A stretch of 36,950 nucleotides of DNA from Candidatus Hydrothermarchaeota archaeon (GTDB lineage Archaea; CAYFZR01). The position numbers and the translations under genes were made by a program. Location: positions 1-36,950 of the forward strand of contig JBHIEG010000020.1 of assembly GCA_046760505.1 (NCBI GenBank). The letters are read 5' to 3'. Under the pieces are notes generated by a model. That model saw only the letters and a program-made list of their open reading frames with translations. It ran no database searches and had not been told where the DNA came from. This document shows positions 1 through 9,150 of this stretch, one piece after another; within the stretch, counting starts at the first letter, position 1; every line of letters starts with the position of its first letter.

Positions 1-33
1 AATATATATCTCTCGAATGAAGAATATAATAGA

Positions 34-63
34 TAGATAACTACACGGTAGATAACTACACGG
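34..63. repeat. Perfect 15-bp tandem duplication (TAGATAACTACACGG x2)
   Basis: Copies at 34-48 and 49-63, immediately upstream of the GAGG RBS of the cytochrome gene. Confidence 0.9.
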
Positions 64-76
64 ATCGAGGGGTAAT

Positions 77-469
77 ATGAGAAAAGAATACATCTCAAAC
101 GTTTTATTGTTCGTAATTTTAGTGAGCGTGGTAAATGGAATACCCCTGTACATGAAGGAAATTCCTGCTTCTCTTAAGAAGTGTACTGTTTGTCACATTC
201 AGTCATCAGGCATAGGTGGCTTGAACAACTTCGGTTTTGATTTTGCAAAAAATAATTTTTCTCTCTCGAGAATAGAAAAATTAGACTCAGATCACGATGG
301 ATTCAGCAATTATGATGAGCTCAATGCAGGTACCTATCCTGGAGATCCGAATTCCTATCCAGGAATTCATGAAAACGAAAGGAGGTCTGTGTCCAGCTTT
401 ACATCATTCCTTGCTGTATTGATAATTCTTATTCTCATCTTCACGCTTTACCTCAGATCCAAATCTTAA
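77..469 (+). CDS. Small membrane-anchored monoheme c-type cytochrome with Ca-binding (TSP3-like) motif
   Basis: Signal peptide, CTVCH heme-attachment motif, LDSDHDGFSNYDELNAGTYPGDP repeat, C-terminal TM helix; adjacent to ccm genes. Confidence 0.75.
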   Translation: MRKEYISNVLLFVILVSVVNGIPLYMKEIPASLKKCTVCHIQSSGIGGLNNFGFDFAKNNFSLSRIEKLDSDHDGFSNYDELNAGTYPGDPNSYPGIHENERRSVSSFTSFLAVLIILILIFTLYLRSKS

Positions 470-972
470 TTATTTTTCTTTCTAATAACCTTGAACTTTT
501 CATATTCCTTTTCAAACAATTTCTCGTATTTTTCATGTAGAGATTTTTTTTCTAGCTTTTCACTTTCTAATTTAATGAAGTCTTCCTCACTCATCTCCAA
601 AACTTCATCAGGATCTGTATACCAAGTTACACTCTCTCTTCTTTTGCTTAATACGTATATTATGCTCGCCCCTACTATGAGCCCGATCAACGGATAAGTC
701 CATAAGGCAAGATTGAATCCTTTTTTTGGGGGAGTTGCAAGAATCTGCCTACCGTAAGTTTCCTGAAGAGTTTTTATTATCTCTTCTCTGGTCATTCCTT
801 TGCTTATCATATCTTGAATCTCACCAACCAGATAAGCCTTGGTTTCGCATTCGCAATTAGCAAGAAGCATGTTGCAGCCGCACGGACAGTAGACGTCTTT
901 GGAGATATCCTCCACGGTTAATGCCAAAGCTGGCACGATTAGGAAAAATATTGGAATGATATTTCTTAACAT
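466..972 (-). CDS. ccmH: CcmH-like cytochrome c maturation protein
   Basis: Signal peptide, CPCGC...CEC motif, GMTREEI...YG..ILATPPKKGFNLALW typical of CcmH, TM helix; directly downstream of ccmF. Confidence 0.85.
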   Translation of the reverse strand: MLRNIIPIFFLIVPALALTVEDISKDVYCPCGCNMLLANCECETKAYLVGEIQDMISKGMTREEIIKTLQETYGRQILATPPKKGFNLALWTYPLIGLIVGASIIYVLSKRRESVTWYTDPDEVLEMSEEDFIKLESEKLEKKSLHEKYEKLFEKEYEKFKVIRKKNN

Positions 973-974
973 GT

Positions 975-2879
975 TCAGCTCTCCACAAATCTTTTAGGTA
1001 TCAGAGCAACAATAATGCCTAAGCTCATCAAAACTCCCCCAATCCAGATTAGGGAAATTAATGGGAGGAACCTTACCACAAAAGATGCTCCCTCACCACT
1101 TATCCCTTCAAGGATTACGTATATGTCCTTTGTTAACGTAGAAACTATATCTGGACTGAAGTTATACTGTTTTGGAGTTAGAAACTCTGAGTAGGTTGGT
1201 TTTGCCTTTCCGATTAGTTTTTCATTCTCACGGATCTCTAACTCCACGGTCCAGACCATCTTGTTTGCGTGATGCTCAAAATTGTTGTCGACAAATACAA
1301 ACGTATGTTTGCCTATCCTTGTTTGCTCTCCCATCCCTAGGGAAAAACTGTGTTTTTCCTCATAGAGAGTTGAGAATGCAATTCCTGTAATAATCAAAAA
1401 TATTGAGAAGTGAACGAGGTAACCTCCGTATTTTCTTCTCCTCTTAACTATTAGCCTAAAGATGGACGAGCTTTCATCGTGTTTTTTAAATCTCCTATAG
1501 TCTTGGTAAAACTCTTGGAAGTGTGCTATGGCGGAGAAGAAGACGAAATAAGTTGCTAATATTACATAAGGTTCAAAATAACCCATAAACAATAGGAGCA
1601 TGACGGGTATCAGAGATGCAAGAAGAGGATACCTGAACATTTCTTTAAAATTTTCAAGAGAAAACCTTCTCCACGGAGTAAGAACGCAGAAACCTACGAG
1701 GATTAAGAGAAGTATTCCTATGGGCGCCTGAATCTGATTGTAGAACTCAGGTCCAACGCTGACTTGCACACCCTTGATCCATTCAGAAATCAGTGGAAAT
1801 ATGGTCCCCCAGAATATGGTAAGAGCAGAGACAACAAACAAGAGATTATTGACCAAGAAAGTGGTTTCTTTTGAAAAAGCTGATTCAAATATGTCTTTGC
1901 TCCTTATTTGATCATACTTCATTGCAATAACTCCTAGAGAGAAAATTAACATTGAAAGCATGTATGCCATGAAGTAAGGACCAATGTTCGAACCTGCGAA
2001 GGCATGAACAGAGGACAATACCCCGCTTCTTGTGAGAAAAGTTCCGAAGATTACAAACTCAAATGTCAATAAAATTAACAAAATATTCCAGAGTTTCATA
2101 CCTCTTTTGGTCTCTTGAATCATTACACTATGTAAAAAAGCGGTACTAGTAAGCCAAGGAAGCAAAGACGCATTTTCCACAGGGTCCCATGCCCAGTAAC
2201 CTCCCCAGCCAAGAATTACATATGCCCACCATCCGCCAAGTATAATCCCTAATCCAAGAAATAGCCATGAGAATAGGGTCCATTTCCTAACCCTATAAAT
2301 CCAACCCTCGTTATTCGTCAGGACTCCAGATATGGCAAAAGCAAATGGTATCGCGAGACCTGCATAACCTATGAATAAAGTCGGTGGATGGAAAGCCATG
2401 CCAATGTTTTGAAGGAGTGGATTTAGTCCTTGACCGTCTATTGGAACGAAATCAAGTCTTTTGAAAGGATTTAGAGATCCTATTAAAATGAACAGGAAGA
2501 AAGATTCTACCGACATCAGGATGGCAAGCGAATAATGAGTTAAGGTATCTTTTTTTTCTTTAAAGAGTACCCCAACTGAAAATATAGAGAGGAACCATGA
2601 CCAGAGCAAAAGAGATCCTGGAGAGCCAGCCCAGAACGCACTCACTGTATAAAATAATGGTAAATTCCTATCCGTATGCATCGCAACATATTCCACCTGA
2701 AAGTCCCGAGTAACCAAATAGTAAAGCAATATCACGGAAGATATGGTAACGAATGAAAAAGTCCCTATCAGGGCATACCTTCCGAAATTAACCAGATTTT
2801 TTCTATCAGACGAGAATGAAACTACCGAGAACATCGAGCAGATCAAAGCCAATAAGAGAGAAATGTATCCTATGTCCAT
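975..2879 (-). CDS. ccmF: Heme lyase CcmF/NrfE, full length
   Basis: WGGYWAWDPVENASLLPWL (WWD domain), LNPLLQ..MAFHPP, TRSGVLSSVHAF, many TM helices. Confidence 0.97.
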   Translation of the reverse strand: MDIGYISLLLALICSMFSVVSFSSDRKNLVNFGRYALIGTFSFVTISSVILLYYLVTRDFQVEYVAMHTDRNLPLFYTVSAFWAGSPGSLLLWSWFLSIFSVGVLFKEKKDTLTHYSLAILMSVESFFLFILIGSLNPFKRLDFVPIDGQGLNPLLQNIGMAFHPPTLFIGYAGLAIPFAFAISGVLTNNEGWIYRVRKWTLFSWLFLGLGIILGGWWAYVILGWGGYWAWDPVENASLLPWLTSTAFLHSVMIQETKRGMKLWNILLILLTFEFVIFGTFLTRSGVLSSVHAFAGSNIGPYFMAYMLSMLIFSLGVIAMKYDQIRSKDIFESAFSKETTFLVNNLLFVVSALTIFWGTIFPLISEWIKGVQVSVGPEFYNQIQAPIGILLLILVGFCVLTPWRRFSLENFKEMFRYPLLASLIPVMLLLFMGYFEPYVILATYFVFFSAIAHFQEFYQDYRRFKKHDESSSIFRLIVKRRRKYGGYLVHFSIFLIITGIAFSTLYEEKHSFSLGMGEQTRIGKHTFVFVDNNFEHHANKMVWTVELEIRENEKLIGKAKPTYSEFLTPKQYNFSPDIVSTLTKDIYVILEGISGEGASFVVRFLPLISLIWIGGVLMSLGIIVALIPKRFVES

Positions 2880-3971
2880 TTAATCTCCTTCCTCCTCCTT
2901 GGTCATTTTTTCGATCTTTTTTAGGATCTCCGATACCTCTTCCTCGTATTTAGATTTTAGCTCTTCATAATCCTCTTCACTTATCCTACCTTCTTTATAG
3001 TCTTTTTCAAGTGCATTCAGAACCGCAAATGCCGCTTCTTTCTTTGCGATCAAGTCCTCTGCTGAGGAAGTTCTAAATTTTATGCTGAAAAATCCAGCCA
3101 TAAGAATTATAAATAAGATTAGGCCCTCACCAATCCAGATCCATTTTTTTGGTAAAGTAGAGAATCCAGAAAGAACTAAGGCGACGCTTTCTCCTTTTTT
3201 GAGATTTAGTGATTCGAATGAAGAATACTGCTTGTTTTCGAAAGTTAATTCCCCCCTCCTTATCAGATTTTCCGCATTTTTTGATGAAATACTGTTCTTT
3301 TCAATTAAGAGCATTAAAAAGTTAGTTTTATAATTTAACTTTCTCTCAAATTTATAATCTTTATTTTGCGGGATTAACTCGTAGTAAAAATCAATCTGAT
3401 ACGTTTCGTTTGGTTTAATCGCTTGCATGGGGTCGAATGTAAAACCTTCCTCTTCCTTGATTATGCAGCACTCCATTATAGATGTTCTAAAGTTTAAATA
3501 TTCCGGAGGTAGATTAACCCGGAGTTCGTTTCCATTGTAAGCCTTATTTCCCTCATTCCTGAATACGACTATTTCCTTTACCTTAATTTTATTTTCTTCT
3601 GGTTGAACGACAATGTGATGTATGTTTACGATGATGTCGTTTGCGCTTCTAGTGGTATCGAAAACTCTGAATTTTACCTTTTGTTCCCTGCTTTTTAGAT
3701 CTACAGGCATTAGGTAGGGTATACTTTTGAATTTTAGTAGTATATAATACTTCTCTCCGATTTTTAAGTTATCAAATGAAAATGAACTTGTATTAACGGT
3801 TTTATTTTCCAGATATTTATGATTAGAATCCATCAGACTAGCATTTATATAAGAGGATTTGTCATAACCCTCTACTTCAACAAAAATACTTCCATTTTCA
3901 ATTTCTTGAGAAACAGATGGAAAAACCAAGATAAAAGTCAGGAAGAAAATTAATGAAAAGATCTTCTTCAC
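2880..3971 (-). CDS. Exported beta-rich protein with C-terminal TM helix and CcmI/SHOCT-like tail
   Basis: Likely GTG start at 3971 after GAGGG (ORF extends to 4010); signal peptide, vicinal CC, TM, tail LEKDYKEGRISEEDYEELKSKYE resembling the CcmI motif. Confidence 0.6.
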   Translation of the reverse strand: MKKIFSLIFFLTFILVFPSVSQEIENGSIFVEVEGYDKSSYINASLMDSNHKYLENKTVNTSSFSFDNLKIGEKYYILLKFKSIPYLMPVDLKSREQKVKFRVFDTTRSANDIIVNIHHIVVQPEENKIKVKEIVVFRNEGNKAYNGNELRVNLPPEYLNFRTSIMECCIIKEEEGFTFDPMQAIKPNETYQIDFYYELIPQNKDYKFERKLNYKTNFLMLLIEKNSISSKNAENLIRRGELTFENKQYSSFESLNLKKGESVALVLSGFSTLPKKWIWIGEGLILFIILMAGFFSIKFRTSSAEDLIAKKEAAFAVLNALEKDYKEGRISEEDYEELKSKYEEEVSEILKKIEKMTKEEEGD

Positions 3972-4010
3972 GAATATCCCTCTTTTTCTATCATAGGTTA
4001 TCAGCACCAA

Positions 4011-5075
4011 TTACAAGTACCCAACTATGATCACTACGCCTAAGGCTATCATGAATAGCCCATTTATTAACTTTATCGTTGGTCGCTTTTTCTCCCTGAA
4101 TTCGTCTAACGTAAGAGGATTAAGACCCATAGTTATCGCAAGAGACAGGAAGAATATTGGTGTGACTTTTGCTACATTGTACAACAATAAATAGGATAAT
4201 CCACTTGCAAAATCATGCTGAAGCCAGATAAGATTCAATATACCCAGGTATATGCCGGTTACACAAGGTAGCTTCACTAAAGAGAAAATTAATCCAAGAG
4301 AAAAGCTCGAAAACATTGTGTTTTTTGATGCAAGATTATGGATAACATTTTTTACATTATCCGGCGTCTTAAAAAGTCTGCTTTCCTTTATTGAATAATC
4401 CTTAATGAATAAAATTCCAAAGACTATCGGGATTAAGCCAGCAATTATCTTAGCGACACCTGAATATCTGGGTATAAAATCTAATATGCTCAGTATAAGT
4501 AGTCCTTTAAGGAAGAAAAAGGAAAATACGCCTAAACCAAAGGCTGAGAGTATTACAAAGATTCTTTTTCTATCGGTTACCAGAGCAAGTATCAATCCGC
4601 TTAAAAAAGCCACTACTGCTAGGCAGCATGGTTGTAAACCCGCTAAAAAACCTGCTGAGACAACTAAATAAGGTGTAAGGTCTTTCCTTCCCTTTTTAAT
4701 AACCGTTACATTCTCATTTGAGTAATATTCCACTTTTTCTGCTATTAAATTCTCCAATTCTTTTTCTGAAAGATCTTTTATATTTACACTATCCTTCTCA
4801 TTGAAAACAAGGGATGGTGGATCTAAATTAAGTTCTTCTATTCTTTTAAAATTCTCAATCTCATAAACGCTCTTTTTCTCATATAAAACCGTATTATTGT
4901 ATTTTCTTATGATTTTATCGATGATTTCTCCCTTCTTTTCGCATACCGGGCACCCTTCGATGTGAAAAAACTCAATCTTTACCTTTTTTGTATCTTCATT
5001 AATTCCATACGAAGGTACAAGCCAAAATGAGATGGTGAAAATTAATAAAATGATTAAAGGCTTGAGTGCACTCAT
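4011..5075 (-). CDS. Thioredoxin/glutaredoxin-like domain fused to CcdA/DsbD transmembrane domain
   Basis: Likely ATG at 5075; signal peptide, FHIEGCPVC, then GFLAGLQPCC and VKLPCVTGIY TM cysteines. Confidence 0.85.
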   Translation of the reverse strand: MSALKPLIILLIFTISFWLVPSYGINEDTKKVKIEFFHIEGCPVCEKKGEIIDKIIRKYNNTVLYEKKSVYEIENFKRIEELNLDPPSLVFNEKDSVNIKDLSEKELENLIAEKVEYYSNENVTVIKKGRKDLTPYLVVSAGFLAGLQPCCLAVVAFLSGLILALVTDRKRIFVILSAFGLGVFSFFFLKGLLILSILDFIPRYSGVAKIIAGLIPIVFGILFIKDYSIKESRLFKTPDNVKNVIHNLASKNTMFSSFSLGLIFSLVKLPCVTGIYLGILNLIWLQHDFASGLSYLLLYNVAKVTPIFFLSLAITMGLNPLTLDEFREKKRPTIKLINGLFMIALGVVIIVGYL

Positions 5076-5079
5076 CAAA

Positions 5080-6360
5080 TCACTTTTCTTCTTTTTTGAG
5101 TTTTTTTCTAGCATCATATAGATATATTAATGAGAAAAACAAAGATGCTGAGAGAAAGCCGATTATCAAGTACAAAAATTTATCTTTTTTACTTTCGTTC
5201 GATTCAGGGCTATTGAGTTCTTCTTGTCTCTGTCTTACTTCTTTGTCGTTAAAATTCTTTTTTATTGTATTCTCATTTAAATTATTCCCATTTGAATATT
5301 TGGATAATATTTCTTCCTTTGTTTTGCCTTCCATCAACATCTGGTTTATGTCTGCTTTAAGGAATTGAACCCACTCACAATCACATTCTGAGGATAAACG
5401 CCCGCAACCACATCCACAGGGGATTTTGCTGATGATTTCTTTACTAATTTCTATCTGTTTCTTTCTCAGAGTTTCATTTATACTATAGCGCACCTGTATA
5501 TTGTAGTCTCTAGCCTTCTTTAATCCAAGTAAAGCGGCTGATGTATAATAAGCAGTACCTTTCCAGCTGCCATCGTCCTGTTGTGTATAAAGGAGATATT
5601 TCACCGCCTTCTCTACTGGAGCGGTTTCTCCTAACTCAAGCAACGTAACCATCGTCATGCCGGTACAATGAGGACAGTTTCCCCAGCTTCCATTTGGATT
5701 CTGATCGCTTATAATGTAATTAACTGCTTTTTTTATAGTTTCAGAGTCTCTTGGTTCTCCATATGCTAGCAATGCACGCAGGGCCATGTTGTTGCATTTG
5801 GGACAGTCCTCCCAACTTCCATCCTCTTTTTGATTCCTTTTAAGCCACTCAATCCCTTTTCTGACGTATTCAGTGTCTTTTTCACCCGCCTCTATCAAGG
5901 CAAGGACGGAATTAGCGGTTATTCCTGTTTTAAGACCTTCTTCACCTTCGAAACTTCCGTCTGGATTCTGTTTCGATTTGAGATATTCTATTCCTTTTTT
6001 AACTGCATCAGAATCTTCTTTACCGCTCTTCAATAGAGCCATAAGGACTTGAGCAGTTACAAGAGTGTCGCTCTTTCCCTTAACCTTTGCCCATCCTCCA
6101 TCCTCATTCTGCCTCTTTATAAGACCCTGAGCAGTTTTATTTATCAAATCTTTGGGTTCGAAGTCAAATTCGATCAAAGTCTCTAAAACACTAGCGGTTT
6201 GATCGTTAGGTCCCCAAGTCTCATACAAGTCATAGATCTCTATTTTTGATTTTATGAGCCAATTCATGCCGCGTAATATATTTTGGTCGTATCCAACATC
6301 TTCCGCGAGAGTTAATGAAATAAGCATGAATAAAACAATTGTTGCTGGAATATTCTTCAT
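5080..6360 (-). CDS. Exported prenyltransferase/squalene-cyclase-repeat (alpha/alpha barrel) protein fused to CcmH-like domain and TM anchor
   Basis: QW-type repeats QNEDGGW, QNPDGSF, QKEDGSW, QNPNGSW, QQDDGSW; CPKC and CPHC; C-terminal IPCGCGC...ECDC...GKTKEEI; TM. Confidence 0.75.
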   Translation of the reverse strand: MKNIPATIVLFMLISLTLAEDVGYDQNILRGMNWLIKSKIEIYDLYETWGPNDQTASVLETLIEFDFEPKDLINKTAQGLIKRQNEDGGWAKVKGKSDTLVTAQVLMALLKSGKEDSDAVKKGIEYLKSKQNPDGSFEGEEGLKTGITANSVLALIEAGEKDTEYVRKGIEWLKRNQKEDGSWEDCPKCNNMALRALLAYGEPRDSETIKKAVNYIISDQNPNGSWGNCPHCTGMTMVTLLELGETAPVEKAVKYLLYTQQDDGSWKGTAYYTSAALLGLKKARDYNIQVRYSINETLRKKQIEISKEIISKIPCGCGCGRLSSECDCEWVQFLKADINQMLMEGKTKEEILSKYSNGNNLNENTIKKNFNDKEVRQRQEELNSPESNESKKDKFLYLIIGFLSASLFFSLIYLYDARKKLKKEEK

Positions 6361-6497
6361 TTACTTCCTCCTCAAACGATTCATACACTTTTGAATGTTT
6401 TTGAGTTAAATGATTTATTTTCTCACTAAGTTTAGATTGATTATTTATACTTTTGTTGTATATTTAAATATTTTTTTATTTATGTTAGGTAAATTTT

Positions 6498-7766
6498 TTA
6501 TTTTCTTCGCTTCGCCACATTAAGAAAAATAAAGATAAAAAGAAAAAGAAGAAATAAAATTATTCCCTTTACTATAGAATAAGATCTGCTCTCTACGTTA
6601 AGATCTACCTCATTGGATTCTTGCGTATGTAGTCCATTTTCATCGAAGAATATAATGTTCGCTGGTGGTATTGTGTATTTTTTTGACTTATCGCTTTTTA
6701 TAACATAGCTAAACGTCTCCTTTTGGCCAACTCTTAAAAAAGGAAGGTTTATGATCGTCTCTCCAGAAACCACCTTTACATCTTCGCAAACAGAGTCTAT
6801 GATTCTAATATCTTTTGCATCATCGTTTCCTATATTTTTTATTTCAAGAGTCACTATAACCTCTTCCCCCTCTTTTACCGTATCCTTATTTAGAGACTTT
6901 GAAATAACGATTATTGCCTCTTTCCTCTTGGTTTCAAATTCATCTTCTATTTTTTCATAGGATTCGTTTTTTACTTCAGATTTTATGCTTTCTATACTTA
7001 TAGAAGCCTTATTTGATTTTACTTCGATTACCTCTCCATCGATTTTATACAAGGCGGTTGTTGCGTCGAGAAGTATGTTTCCGGGAGAGTATGTTCTCAT
7101 TTTGTAAAATAATTCAACTCGGTTTCTGGGATACAAATCCAAATTGAAGATTATTTCATTTCCCTCTCTCTTTATTCTAGGCAAGCTCTCGTTAATCAGA
7201 ACATCAAGACCGTTTGGAATTTTATCCTTTATCTCTATGTTCTCAATCTTCCTTTTCCCATTATTCTCTACCTCGAGATAAACAATGAATGTACCATTTT
7301 CAGAGTCCTTTTCAATCCTCTTTTTTATGGTGATATCTGGGATCAATTCTTCCAAACGTTCTATTAAAGTCTCTTTTTCTTGATACCCAATCAATCGACC
7401 CACTTCATTCCCATTTTTATCAAAAAAAATGAAGACAGGAACTCCATAAACTCCAAAATCTTTTGCCAGTTCTTTGTACTCATTTGCGTCCACCGTAATT
7501 ATATTTACAACATCCGCGTATTCCTTCCTGATTTCTTTCATGATTGGAATCATCCTCACACATATGCTGCACGTATCCTTGGAAAAATCAAGCAAAGTGG
7601 GTTTCCCGCTTTTAAGAGCGTTTTCAAAGCTTTCCGGGGTATAATCATAGTAGATTCCGACCGGGCTTATTCTTGCATCTACAACTGGAGAATACAACGA
7701 TATAGAAATAAGGAAGATTACTGCCAATCTGGGCAATAGATCTTTTAATTTTTTTATGCGAAACAT
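6498..7766 (-). CDS. Exported thioredoxin fused to two DUF11/BatD-like Ig domains, C-terminal TM anchor
   Basis: Signal peptide, CSIC, cis-Pro loop GVPVF, ITIKK..VENNG and ISKSL..VTLEIKNIG..IID domains, TM plus basic tail. Confidence 0.8.
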   Translation of the reverse strand: MFRIKKLKDLLPRLAVIFLISISLYSPVVDARISPVGIYYDYTPESFENALKSGKPTLLDFSKDTCSICVRMIPIMKEIRKEYADVVNIITVDANEYKELAKDFGVYGVPVFIFFDKNGNEVGRLIGYQEKETLIERLEELIPDITIKKRIEKDSENGTFIVYLEVENNGKRKIENIEIKDKIPNGLDVLINESLPRIKREGNEIIFNLDLYPRNRVELFYKMRTYSPGNILLDATTALYKIDGEVIEVKSNKASISIESIKSEVKNESYEKIEDEFETKRKEAIIVISKSLNKDTVKEGEEVIVTLEIKNIGNDDAKDIRIIDSVCEDVKVVSGETIINLPFLRVGQKETFSYVIKSDKSKKYTIPPANIIFFDENGLHTQESNEVDLNVESRSYSIVKGIILFLLFLFIFIFLNVAKRRK

Positions 7767-7865
7767 AGCTCAATAACCACCAGAAGGAGTGGTCTACTGG
7801 ATTTAAATAAATTTTCATGTTGACCTTTCGGCGAAAGATACCATAAATAAAATTTTGATTCAGCA

Positions 7866-8600
7866 TTACTCCAGATCGATGCCGAAGAATTTGTAGTAAT
7901 CTGGGATCGAATCATATATTCTTCCTAACTGAGGGAATGCATTGTAGAGATATGGAGATATGGGATGGATTATTGTAAATGCGATTAAAATCAATATTAT
8001 TCCTGAAACTTTGTTTATCCACTCTGCTTTTAAAATGGATTCGGATAATTTAAACTTGGCCTCAGAACTTAATACACTGGCAAGAATTACAGGGATACCG
8101 AAACCTATTGAGTAGATAAATAAAGTAACGCCACCAAAGACCACGTTTCCCTCCGCTGCAATGAGTGCTAAAATACCTGCCAAAACAGGATCAGCACAAG
8201 GATTAACCGCTACACCAAATACTAACCCAAACGAAAAGGCTCCAATGAGACCTTTTTTTCTAGGAGCTGCCTTAGGTCTGAATCTCGAGAAAACATCAGA
8301 CTCTATCTTCACCACATTCAACAGTTTTAGTCCCATCAAAAATGCTATAAAAGCTGCCAAATATCTAAAATAAAACGTGAAGTTTAGAATCTGCCCTAGT
8401 ATAGAGGCAAACACACCCAAGGCTGTAAGGGTAATAGACAAACCGAAAATGAAAGAAACTGCTGTTGAAAACGCCTTTCTCCTGCTATCAGAAACTCCCG
8501 TGACGAATGCGAGAGTAACTGGCAGAACCGTAAAGACACATGGACCCAAGGCTGTAAAAATTCCCGCAAGAAAGGCAAGTGGAACTGATATCTCGACCAT
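7866..8600 (-). CDS. ccdA: CcdA cytochrome c biogenesis / transmembrane reductant conductor
   Basis: AFLAGIFTALGPCVFTVLP and VNPCADPVL motifs, about six TM helices. Confidence 0.92.
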   Translation of the reverse strand: MVEISVPLAFLAGIFTALGPCVFTVLPVTLAFVTGVSDSRRKAFSTAVSFIFGLSITLTALGVFASILGQILNFTFYFRYLAAFIAFLMGLKLLNVVKIESDVFSRFRPKAAPRKKGLIGAFSFGLVFGVAVNPCADPVLAGILALIAAEGNVVFGGVTLFIYSIGFGIPVILASVLSSEAKFKLSESILKAEWINKVSGIILILIAFTIIHPISPYLYNAFPQLGRIYDSIPDYYKFFGIDLE

Positions 8601-8618
8601 TGAAATCGCCTCAAAATT

Positions 8619-9053
8619 TTAAACCAGCTCATCCAACACGTTCTTTATTGTCTCTTTACTTTGATAGCCTACCAAAGTCCTGAATAGTTCCCCCTTTTTA
8701 TTGAAGAATATCAGCGTTGGAAGATTTCTTACTCCGTATTCCTTTACCAGATCTAGCTCGGTGTCGGCATTTACGGTTAAAATATTTGCTTTCCCTCGAT
8801 ATTCTTCCTTGAGTTCCTTCATAAAGGGAGCCATGCGTCTACAAGGTATGCACCAATCTGCGGCAAATTCCAAGAGAGTGGGCATGCCGCTTTTCAGAGC
8901 TTTCTCAAATTTATAGGGAGTGTAATCATATATTATCTTGGGTAAATCTTTTTCAGGTTTATTTTTCGAGGTGCTTCCGCTAACATGAAAAATATATCCT
9001 ATGGCGATTATAGCTGCAACCGCAACCACTATCATCCATTTATTGGGGCGCAT
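8619..9053 (-). CDS. Membrane-anchored thioredoxin (CcmG/ResA-like role)
   Basis: N-terminal TM, FAADWCIPC, NLPTL; coupled to ccdA; likely ATG at 9053 (ORF extends to 9065). Confidence 0.88.
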   Translation of the reverse strand: MRPNKWMIVVAVAAIIAIGYIFHVSGSTSKNKPEKDLPKIIYDYTPYKFEKALKSGMPTLLEFAADWCIPCRRMAPFMKELKEEYRGKANILTVNADTELDLVKEYGVRNLPTLIFFNKKGELFRTLVGYQSKETIKNVLDELV

Positions 9054-9150
9054 TCCATCAACCAAGTAAATTTACGTGGAAATTATATATAAATAATTAA
9101 TCAATGTTTAGATTTTGAGTCTATACATAGTATATAAAATTTATGGAATA

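Noticed and set aside
5080-6360. True squalene-hopene cyclase or thioester-domain protein
   Set aside because: Single short barrel, exported, lacks DxDD and CGEQ motifs
7645-7866. 73-aa minus-strand ORF between ccdA and the stalked thioredoxin
   Set aside because: Overlaps the real gene out of frame; the gap looks like an internal promoter with small hairpins
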